A stretch of 63,522 nucleotides of DNA, filler included, from Folioceros fuciformis (lineage: Eukaryota), in assembly GCA_049999805.1 (NCBI GenBank). It is 6 parts of 6 records of this genome, joined end to end, with 100 filler letters (N's around TTAATTAATTAA, not from the genome) between each part and the next. Parts side by side here need not be neighbours in the genome. Positions count along the whole stretch, not along the records: positions 32,075 to 39,451 come from JBNGIO010005153.1; positions 39,552 to 44,975 come from JBNGIO010005155.1; positions 45,076 to 53,255 come from JBNGIO010005156.1; 3 more parts are not named here. The stretch is one strand, 5' to 3'. The position numbers and the translations under genes were made by a program. The first letter of the stretch is position 1. Every line of letters starts with the position of its first letter. Below are positions 39,295 to 49,221 of this stretch, one piece after another. The notes under the pieces were generated by a model. It saw nothing but the letters and a program-made list of their open reading frames with translations, did not search any database and was not told the origin of the DNA.

Positions 39295-39451
39295 CACATA
39301 GTGCCCTTGAATGAGCACCTCGTAAGCTTGGCACACATAGTGCCCTTGAATGAGCACCTCGTAAGCTTGGCACACATAGTGCCCTTGAATGAGCACCTCG
39401 TAAGCTTGGCACACATAGTGCCCTTGAATGAGCACCTCGTAAGCTTGGCAC
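39295..39451. repeat. Perfect 39-bp tandem repeat, at least x4, running into a gap
   Basis: CACATAGTGCCCTTGAATGAGCACCTCGTAAGCTTGGCA. Confidence 0.95.
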
Positions 39452-39772
39452 NNNNNNNNNNNNNNNNNNNNNNNNNNNNNNNNNNNNNNNNNNNNTTAAT
39501 TAATTAANNNNNNNNNNNNNNNNNNNNNNNNNNNNNNNNNNNNNNNNNNNNGCCCTGCCCTGGGCGCGTGGCTGCCTGGGTTTTTTCATGTAGACTACTC
39601 CATCTACGTTGAAGGACATCACTCTCCTCTGAACAACAATGAAGATGAAGTGAAGGGTCCAGGGCAAAGGGGATAGAAGGACAATGGCTGCCTCCACGGT
39701 TGCCTCACTCCATGCAAGCACACTCAATGCACGCATTGCGTGCTCTGCCCAAGAGCAAAAGTCGGAATTAGG

Positions 39773-39850
39773 AAACGGAATCATATTGAAATTCTGCCCT
39801 TTGATGTCAATCCCCTTTGCACAAGGCAGCAGCCAGAACCCGAACGTCTG
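39773..39850 (-). pseudogene. Duplicated fragment of the P450 last intron/exon junction
   Basis: ATTGACATCAAAGGGCAGAATTTCAATATGATTCCGTTT is identical to 40868-40906; the adjacent intron end is similar but diverged. Confidence 0.85.
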
Positions 39851-39869
39851 TGAAAGAGTGCATATCTAG

Positions 39870-40650
39870 CCCACTAAATTAGGCATAGGGTTTGGGACGT
39901 TTCGTAAAAGACATAAAGACAGTTTCTGTTGTAAGCTACTTCAACTATGAAAAGCATTATGCGCAAGTCTCGTACGATTTTTTGCTTTGTCACTTGGTAT
40001 CAGAGCCGGTAGATGTGTGGGCTCCGAATGTCCATGATCTCTGGATGCCTGACTTAAAAAATGCCTAGAAGACGGAGAGGCGCACGGTGCGTGGCCCCTC
40101 CCATTTCTCAGCTGCCAAAGGACCAATCCTATAACAATTCTCACAGGAATTCGGCGCCTCCACAGCGTGATCAAGGGAGGGTCAGTACCCATCGAAATTG
40201 GGTACCCCGCGCTAGGGAACAGGGCAGGACAGGTCTCTCTGAAATTCTTAGTGAAAGGAGACAGTTTCTGCGTTGGGGTCGGTCTCATGCTTCTTTGGTC
40301 CAGTAAAGGCGTGAGCTTTGAAGTGCTTCGCTCACTCAGTGACCCTGCATGATTTGCAATGTATTGTGCCTGAGCTAGGAGTGGAGTGGCCTCAGTGTGA
40401 CTCCAATAAACCAGAAGACGAAAGAAACCTTTGAAGAGCAAAGATGGCCTTCCAGCTACGGAAATTCTGCAGAGAAAATCCCAAAACTTGATCAATTCTA
40501 TTCTACCTAATGTAACGCGTGGGGCTTCCAAAGAACGTGATACTTGTCGTCCTGTTTGAGGGATATAGAACTGTACATGGCGAGGAAGCCCGCTCTTATC
40601 CGGGTAACCTCAATTGAGATCCCACACCTGTAAAACTGCGCCATTTGCTT
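39870..40650 (+). mobile_element. Copia-type element G remnant: partial LTR, PBS-Met and leader ORF only
   Basis: ...TGTCACT|TGGTATCAGAGCC at 39995; ORF MPRRRRG from 40061; no gag before the P450 stop. Confidence 0.6.
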
Positions 40651-40654
40651 TGGT

Positions 40655-42736
40655 TTAATAGATATGGAGCGGCAGGCGAGGGGTTGGGACTGCTTTGAGG
40701 TGGTGCTTCCTTGGAACAGTAAGTCCAAAGGTATCAGACATGTCTAGGTCTTCTGGTTTCTGTCCGTGTGAAAGAGACCAGTCGAAGCTGTGGATCAGTT
40801 TAGCGATGAGGGAGGTGGCTACGGTAAAGCCAAGAGAACTTGCAGGGCACATCCTTCTGCCGCTCCCAAACGGAATCATATTGAAATTCTGCCCTTTGAT
40901 GTCAATCTCTCTGTTGCACAACGCAGCAGCCAGAACACTAACGTCAAGGTTGCAACAAAGGGAAGTTTAAAATCACAAGTTTGCAAAGCAATTCGCAACC
41001 ACATAACATTGTGAATGAACGTAGTACCTTTCGATGAATCTATCTGGTCGGAACTGGAGGGGACTATCCCAAGCTTCTGGGCTTTTGTGAAGATTCAGCA
41101 AGCTGAGGAAGATGGTGGTGTTCGCAGGAATGTCGTAGCCCCCAAGCTTGCAGTCTTGCATGGAGTAATGTGGGATAAGAAGGGGAGCGGGAGGATGCAG
41201 CCGCAGCGTCTCCTTCAGAATAGCTTGAATGTACTGGAGATCAGCGAGATCTGATTCGACCAATAGACGATCCTTCCCGACGACGGAGTCCAGCTCTTGC
41301 TGTGCCTTCTGCATCACGGACGGGTTCCTGAGCAGTTCTGACAAAGCCCATTCTGCCACGATGGCAGACGTCTCGGCCCCAGCAAGCACCAAGTCCTGCG
41401 ATCACCGCTCGGCGCAAACACACAGACTAAGACCACAAACACACAGTCACACACACATTGTCTCGAGTGTACAAGAGCAGCATCATGGTCAGGGGATCTT
41501 TCGGTTTGTCGTCCTACCGTCAAAATCCCTTTCATGGATAGATCTTTGTCAACTCCTTTCTCCCCGGGAAGGTTGAGCAGTACCTCCAGGAAGTCATTGG
41601 GTGAGGAGGTAGTGGATTGGCTCATTCGCTGCCTGTGGTTATCTATGATTTGGGATAGAAAGTTGTTAAGCCTGCTCCTGGACTTCTGCATGCTCCTGAC
41701 AGTGAAAGTGTCCAGAAAACTCAGGAAGCGAATGCTGTCTCCCATCACTGGGATCCCGAGCAACCGGTTCATCTCACCGATCAGCGACAGATACTCAGCT
41801 GCTTCCTTTGAATTGACCTGTACAGTGCGCACCATAGATAAACATATCTGCACGCTTGTAACTGCAGTTCTAAGCAGGACATGAATGCTCCAGACTGGAG
41901 CATAAAATTACGGGTTAACATATTGAATTTCCACCATGACTGCGTCCAAGTACGATAGAAGGACGTAACGGTCTGGAGCTAACCATGGCGCCGTGTCTTC
42001 CAATCTGCTCCCCATGCTCGAACTCACAGAAGCGCTTGTTCATCAACATCCGCGTCATGTTGTTCATGGTCACCGTGATGGCCAGTTCGTGGATGTCGAC
42101 CTCTTTCCCACTGTTGTGCAGCACAGATCTCATGGCAGCATCCAGTTCTTGGCGTCTGGATTCCTCGAATCGCTGCGTTCGTTTGGGAGTCAACAGCTCT
42201 GTCACCATAACCTTCCTGAAATCCGTGAACCATGGCGATCATTACATCATTGTGAGCACCACTCTGAGAGCAAGACCAGGTTAAGCTTGCCAAATCTCTG
42301 ATCGTGCGGCCACCATTGACCAGTGACAGGCTTACCTCACGTATTGGTGCCTGGGTCCGAGGGGTTGAAATCCGCACGTTCCTTCCCGGAAAACCAGATG
42401 ATGGAAGGCTGTGAAGGTAGGACGGGATGCGAAATTGTTGTCCTGCACTTTCATCATCTCTTTAGCCATGTCGGCGGATGAGACAACCACAGCCAGCTTT
42501 GAGCCCATGCGGATGGACATGACCGGACCGAACTCGTTGGCCAGCTCCTCCAGGCGGGCGTGCGGACGGGGATGGGAGAAAATGGAGAGGTTTCCCACCA
42601 GTGGCCATGCCGGCGGGCCCGGTGGAAGGCGATACTTCCTTGCTCCGCTGCTGGACCACTGGCGTGCTTGAGTCGCAATGTGGGCAACCGCCCACAATCC
42701 CGCTACCACAAGCAGGACTGCATCAATCCAGTCCAT
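40655..42736 (-). CDS. Cytochrome P450, CYP71 clan (A-type), 5 exons
   Basis: Exons 42736-42336, 42215-42028, ~41860/41818-41518, 41395-41028, 40910-40655. Membrane anchor plus LPPGP, I-helix AGAETS, ETLRLHPP, FRPDRF, heme motif PFGSGRRMCPA. The exon 2/3 junction is ambiguous. Confidence 0.9.
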
Positions 42737-43959
42737 AATGTGACAACTTCTTGTTTTTCAAGGGCAGCAAGTCACCGTGCAATCCAAGGCTCTTCCAAGC
42801 TGGCTCCGTGTCCTAGGCCTGCACTCCCTGATGCTATGAGCCCGAATTCGACCAGCGAAGATGTCACACACCCGGCGCGGCTCCTTTGCAATACGTCAAT
42901 TCCGTGATTTGCCTTGGCTAGCATCGGGGGGAAGGAGGGGTGGCAGCCTCAGGGAAAATTGCCTGGACATCGAAGCAACGCATGTTATAAGCATCCAGGG
43001 GAGTTTCGAAACTGCGTAGCCGATGAGCAGCTGGTTTCGCCTCATCTCAAGGCGAACGATGGCATCCATGTGCTGCGAGTATTGAGGATGTGGCGGGGCA
43101 GTAGCCAGGCTGGCCTCGTCCTCTGCAGCATCTTACATCTCGGAAGATCCTTCCTTGTTGTCTCTCCCCATGTCGTGGGCCCCGGTTCACAGCATCTTGC
43201 AGGAGAGTGAAGTTCAAGTGCACAGTGGAACGCCAGTCTGATGAGAGACGCTCTGATATCGACATTGCAGCGGAGATCATCAGTACCTGCCGGTACCCTG
43301 ATTCCTTGGCAACACTTATCTGAACTCGGTAATGCTGCACAAGTGCTCCTTTCCACCCAATGCAAGCCATGTTCTCAGATGCCATTCACATAACGTTCCC
43401 TGTGCCTTGGATCGTCTTCCCAGGAAAAAGATGCCGCGTCCAAGTGTCGCTCTGGAACCTGACGCCATGGGCTCGGTATTAGCAACTGGAGCTCGCACTG
43501 ACACGGATTGGCATTAAATGCTTGCCAAAGATACATGTGGACGACGAGGGAGGACTCTAGTTACGCATTATGTCCTACACAGACGGTCCTAATAGCTAAG
43601 TTTGTACGCAAATCAAAGCCCCGCCCAAAGTGAAAAGAGCGAAGACATATCAGAGATTCAACCACTTAATTCTTCTGGTTAAATTATTAAATTAATAAGA
43701 ATGCTTGCTTATGTCGTATTGTGAAACAACACTAGCCCGAAACGGCACGATGAAACCCTACCCTTAGCTGTTGCGTTTTATAGATGCCTCCTCACACTCC
43801 CACTCAGCAATAGGCACACAAAGTTTTGCTTTGGAAAATATTATTGTGTGGCTGTTGACTTTGCTTCCTCAATTGTTAGCTTGATTATGTCATTGCCATG
43901 AATTGCTCCAAGTCCTTTTTTTATGTTTATTATGTTTATAAGGAGGAACATGAAGACTT

Positions 43960-44590
43960 TATAGAAAAAAAAAAGAAAAAAGATGGAAGTTTCATCTACC
44001 CTATGACAAGGGAACAACCCACAATGAGGAAAAAGCCAAGAATGGGACCTAACCCCCTCATCCGTCTAGCTTATAACTCCCTATCGCCCCTAAAGATGTC
44101 ACATTCAGGTATGAGGTATGGCCTACTTAATATTGGGGCCGCTGAAGCCGCATCTGCCGCCCTTGATGTTGTCCAAAAAATCAAGTTTGCCAAGGCCTTT
44201 TGCAGAGCAATCGAAACCCGTTGCTAGAAAAATGCCACAACACTCGATAGAGGAAGCCCCACGCCACTCCTGCTCACGTGATGGGCCTTCTCACATGTCT
44301 TCAAATACCTGGAAAAATCCTTACCCATGGCCCCATTTGTTTCAATAGCAAGCGGGATGAACAAGTAACCCTGCTGCATGGGCCTGTACTTGCAAGTCTT
44401 CCTTGTCACGCTTCCTTCTACCGCCCAATCCGGGGGGTTGATAACGATGTGCTCGCTGATGGTTGTTTGAGTGGGGTCTGTGACCATCACATCTGCTATA
44501 GAAACCTCATCCACTTGGTCAGGAAAAGATCTACAATGAGGGAGACGCCGTTTAGCATAGCAAGGTATATGGGCGTTCCTTGTAGGAGAA
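43960..44590 (-). mobile_element. 5'-truncated non-LTR retroelement with restriction-like endonuclease (CRE/R2-type)
   Basis: VDLFLT..IADVMVTDP..RKTCKY..YLFIPLAIETNG.MG..F..YL..LPLS.VVAFF*QRVSIALQK; stop at 44071; T-rich 3' tail near 43962-43982. Confidence 0.7.
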
Positions 44591-45075
44591 GAAGCCACCC
44601 TTCTTGTTTATAAGTAGGAAGATACTTAATAAATATATAGGTAGTATTATTCTCAGTATTTATATAAGCAACTATCATCACTCCTCTACAAGTAATATCA
44701 CTTATGTAATGATGATATCGGGTATTTTCTATGATTGAAAAAGAGATGGAAAGTCCCATCTACTCTATGTCAATAGGATCGACTCCAGTCTACGTGCAAG
44801 TGTAGGAGAGGAGAGGAGAGAAGAGAGGGTGGTATTGGTGATCACAACCATGAAAACAATACACATCACCACTGTCTTACTATGGAGGTCCGAGGTCTCC
44901 ATTTAAGTAGTACATTTAGGGCTACACAACTTCCAGGTTCAATATGGGATAATCTACACTATCCTAAGTTCACTANNNNNNNNNNNNNNNNNNNNNNNNN
45001 NNNNNNNNNNNNNNNNNNNTTAATTAATTAANNNNNNNNNNNNNNNNNNNNNNNNNNNNNNNNNNNNNNNNNNNN

Positions 45076-45700
45076 GGAACAGGGAGTTAGAGCGGGAACC
45101 CGCCGACACCGACAGAGACAGAAAACATCCTCGGGAAGACGCGGTCCCTATCTACATACGCGTAAGACGGAGGAGAGAAGAGGAGACACCGGTTCCCGGC
45201 GTCGGCGGTTGACCGGGAACCGGCTGGCTGGCTAGCTTTACACAGGAATGCGGGACTGCGGGAGAGAGGGTCTAGAAGAGCGGGTCAAAGGAAAGAAAAA
45301 TAAAGGCGCATGGCGAGCATGGCGAGGAGGAAGAGGGCTGGAAGGGAGAACGGGACTCGGGACGGCTCGAGAGGAGCTGACACATCTGACACAATGCTCG
45401 CTTTTGGCGCCTAGCTATTAAATTTGAACGCAGACGCCGTTGCCACGCGAGCCGTTTGGGAATGGCGTTGCAGCAGTTGTTCATGGCTGGCGTCGCATCG
45501 CGGCCCCGCCTCGTGATGCCGTCTGGCGACCTCGCCAACACGTCGGGCGAGTACATACGCAGGAAGGACGGATGGACGACGCACTGCAGTGTGAGCTTGG
45601 GAGCTTGTGAGAGCCTGGAGCTGGGCCTGGGCCTTGGCCTGGGCCTGGGCTATGGCGCGCCGGAGATGCCGCGCACCCGGCCGCCCTCCCCACCCGCCGC
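45076..45700 (-). promoter_or_regulatory. Probable core promoter and 5' leader of a gene lost in the gap
   Basis: Clustered site II-like TGGGCC/TGGGCT at 45622-45650; AT-rich box at ~45416-45424; CT-rich leader running toward the gap. Confidence 0.4.
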
Positions 45701-46004
45701 TCGCGGGCACTGTGCACTCTGCCAACTAGTGTACAGTACAGTCCTGCAAGTCTGCAGCCTTCCTTCCGCCTTCGCCTCCGAGCCTCGGGTTGGGGACGAG
45801 ATAGATACTGATATAAACAGAAACTCGCAGCCCACACCACTTGTCTTCTGGGAGCTTGGGACATGGAACACATCGTCCTCATCTCCTCGGCGTTTTCCCC
45901 CTGGGCCTCTGCGCCTCCGCCTCCGCCTCGGCCTCGCCTCAATATCTTCCATACCGTTAACACAACAGAAAGTTTACAGTTGACGTTCTCACTCAAGAAC
46001 AAGA

Positions 46005-46052
46005 ATTCATTCATTCATTTATTTATTTAGTTATTTATTTATTTATTTATTT
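46005..46052. repeat. (ATTC)n/(ATTT)n microsatellite
   Basis: Direct reading. Confidence 0.9.
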
Positions 46053-46581
46053 GAATACATGGAGGACGGCTTTTTCGTAGTGGGATTCAAATATGATAAA
46101 ATATAGAAAATGGTCCCAACGGATGTAAAGTTGTACGTCAATGTGGACAAGATGAGCTATATGTGACTCATAAATAAGGAAATACTAATGAGCTATATAT
46201 GAGTCATAAATAAGGAAATACTGACTCATAACAAGGACTCAAGCAGTGTCCATGAGCTAGGTGAAGGGCTACTTACATTGAATATTGGAACACCTCCGTC
46301 TGTTGCATCCTCTAGTCCACGGAATGATCTTTCAAAAGGAAATGGAGCTCCGTCCTTTAAAAGTAGGGAGCAACCCTACTTTTTAAGGATGGAGCTCTGT
46401 ATATGTCAAAGCGGCTTTCCCGTAATAGCTGACATATGTGTTTTTTTAGGCACCCGAGATATATCTCGGGTGCATGTGACCACCGGCTCATCTTCTTCCT
46501 TTGCTACTTGTGGGGGACAGTTCCTTCACTCTTCGCTGTTTGTGCTGGACAGTGTTCGTGAAGTTGCCCAATCTATTCCCC

Positions 46582-47521
46582 ATGGATCCACTGTCCCAAT
46601 ATTGCATGTTGGCAATACAACTAGCACTTGTCCCAAGCGCATCTGGGCTACAAGTTTCAGCGATTCCTAGGCTTCAAAACCAGAATGTGGTTGCATGGAC
46701 AGGAGACAGCACTCATGCTCTCATCTCGACATACGAGTAGGTGTATGTCAACCATCTTCAGAAAGGGAACCTTGCCTCCCACCACTAGGATGCTATTGCA
46801 CTCAGGATTTTGTCCTCTTGCATGGGATTTGTGCCAACAAGTCTGCAATGTCGCAACAAAATGGACTCCCTCAAGAAGCACTATAAGCAAGAGACCAAAA
46901 AGCTTAGCACGAGAGTGTATGCTTCTAAGTGGGCTTTTTGGGAAGCCCTGCATTCCTTCATGTCAAACAAGCCAAAGGTGGTAGGAATGCCTAACTCGCA
47001 TGACCCAGGCTTTGTGGATTTAACTGAAACGCATCTTTGTGAAGGTGTGACATCTGGGATGTCTGAAGGTGTGTGTGAGTCATCACACACTCACAACCCA
47101 CCAGCAAGCTCCTCTCCTGCCTCTTCTCCTCCTCCTACATCCCCACCCTCTACAACTCCTACTAGGGGCCCTACTCCTCCTTCTACATCCAAGGATAATC
47201 ACTCTTGTGATTCACCTTTCACTCAAGTGACAAAGCTCAAAGTTGTTGCAGCAAAGAGGGTCTCCAAGCAAGCCAAAAGGAAGCTCTCAGGTGCTGGGAT
47301 AGACAAGATAGCTGAATCAATCAATATGGGCAAGAGTTGAAGCTGTGAAGCAAGGAAACCTTCAAAGTATGGAGAGAGGAAGGTTGGAGAGCCTTCAAAA
47401 CATGGAGAAAACAAGGCTAGAGCAGAGCATGAAGGTTGTTGAACTCCAACAATTCACGCAAATAGAGCTAGCCAAGCTCTTGGTACAATCATTCAAGCGC
47501 CCAAGGCAGGAGGAGGAGTGA
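46582..47521 (+). pseudogene. PIF/Harbinger ORF1, Myb/SANT (trihelix-like) DNA-binding protein
   Basis: AWTGDSTHALI..Y..LQKGNL..H(W)DAIA..QCRNKMDSLKKHYK..WAFWEAL; internal TAG stops; charged C-terminus. Confidence 0.8.
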
Positions 47522-47596
47522 TACATCAAGGGGTTCCAGCACTTGTCATAACTTATAGTTTGTGCTAGCTATAATATTATAAGGTTTCACCATAAC

Positions 47597-48235
47597 TCCA
47601 AGTGCCATTCAGTCCCAAAATACGACTCACCTCGAAAAGAGCTACATACCATTAGAATCTGCTCTTTGATCTCTACAAGCTTGTGTTTTCACTTTTTCAT
47701 TTGAATGAAAGATGACCTTTGAAACAGCTCCGAAATTGCAGACTTCCAAATAGTTTCTTAAGTTTTAAGCAGACCTTCAACTGCCATTCAGTCCCAACGT
47801 ACGACTAATCTCGAAACGAGCTATATACCATTAGAATCCTCTCATTGTGCTCTACAAATTTGTGTTGTTAGTTTCTCATTCGGATGATCGATGACGCCTG
47901 AAACAGCTCTGAAATTGCATACTTCCAAATAGTTTTTTAAGTTCTGAGCAAAACTTCAAGTGTCATTCAGTCCCAACGTACGGTTAATCTCAAAACGGGC
48001 TATATAGCATTAAAATTCCCTCATTGAGATCTACAAGCTTGTGGTGTCAATTTTTCATTGGAATGAACGATGACATCTGAAACAGCTCCGAAATTGCAAA
48101 CTTCCAAATAGTTTTTAAAGTCTTGAGCAAAACTTCAAGTGCCATTCAGTCCCAGTGTACAGTTAATCTCGAAATGAGCTATATGCCATTGGAATCAGCT
48201 TGTTTACCTCTACAAGCTTGTATTCTCACTTTTGG
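47597..48235. repeat. 179-bp tandem repeat x3.6 between the Harbinger ORFs
   Basis: TTCAAGTGCCATTCAGTCCCA-like unit starts at 47597, 47776, 47955 and 48134. Confidence 0.9.
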
Positions 48236-48335
48236 ATTTTAATAAGAGACTTCTTTCAAAAACAACAAATGCGCTTGCTGACTTATTCACTTATTTGTGC
48301 AACAAAGTACATCACTCAAGCACATAAATGCAACA

Positions 48336-49221
48336 CTATTGTTCTTGTCTTTGTCTACACCAATGCTTGACCAAGGCATTGTATTGAACTAGTGCAATAC
48401 TCTTCATATCCTCTTCCTCCGCACTTGTTAAGATAACAGGAACATGTGGTACAGGATACTCGTCCACCCCTGGTTCTGAAGGTTCTAGCTCACCAGCCAC
48501 AATGCAAAAGTTGTGCAAAACACAACAAGCAGCCACTGTCTTCGCGGCATATTTCACGCGGACATTGAGGTTCTTCAATATTCTCCACTTGTTTTTTAAT
48601 AAGGAGAAAGCATTCTGAATGACAACTCGTCTCGAAGAAAAGAAAGAGTTGAATGCTCTTTGCTCTGCATTCATAGACATTTTGAAGCCTTTCATAAGAA
48701 AAGGTCTCAAAGGATACGCGGAGTCACCAATGATGTAAGGAGGTACTAGAACTCCCTCCACTTCAATGATTGGCCCTTCAAATATCTGTCTAATGATAAG
48801 GCGATACCATAAGCTACTATTCCAGAGAATACCAGCATCATTTGAACCTCCTGGACTATTAGCACATATATCAATCAACATCTTCTGCTTGTCACATATA
48901 GCTTGCACAACCATGTAATGCATATTGTATTATTTGCAGTAATAAGCTGTTGGAGTGTATTGCTCAGCTGGTTTGGAGGCAAACTTGATAAGGGATCCAT
49001 CTATAGCACCAACAACATTACGCAATAAGGTCCGCTGCTCAAATGCTGTTGATATGTCAACTTGGCGACGAACTGATGGAATCGTGATAAATGAAGAATA
49101 TAGCTTGGCAGGGTCACTTAAGATGGAAACAATGAGCTTAGTATACTCAACAAGTGTGGCATCACCAACACCATATTTCGAAGCAACGGTGAGGGAAGGT
49201 AGACCCTTGCCAAGCCTATTG
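48336..49221 (-). pseudogene. PIF/Harbinger DDE transposase (HARBI1-like), 5' end interrupted by copia E
   Basis: VVGAIDGS, QAICD..PGGSNDA, YIIGDSAYPL, R.VIQNAFSLLKNKWRIL, ACCVLHNF. Confidence 0.92.

Noticed and set aside
39295-39451. 39-bp perfect repeats as CRISPR, or as repeat-protein ORFs (39184-39435, 39301-39507)
   Set aside because: No spacers; the ORFs exist only because the unit length is a multiple of 3.
45272-46014. Overlapping 94-177 aa ORFs on both strands
   Set aside because: GC-rich low-complexity sequence depleted of stops; no domain recognised.
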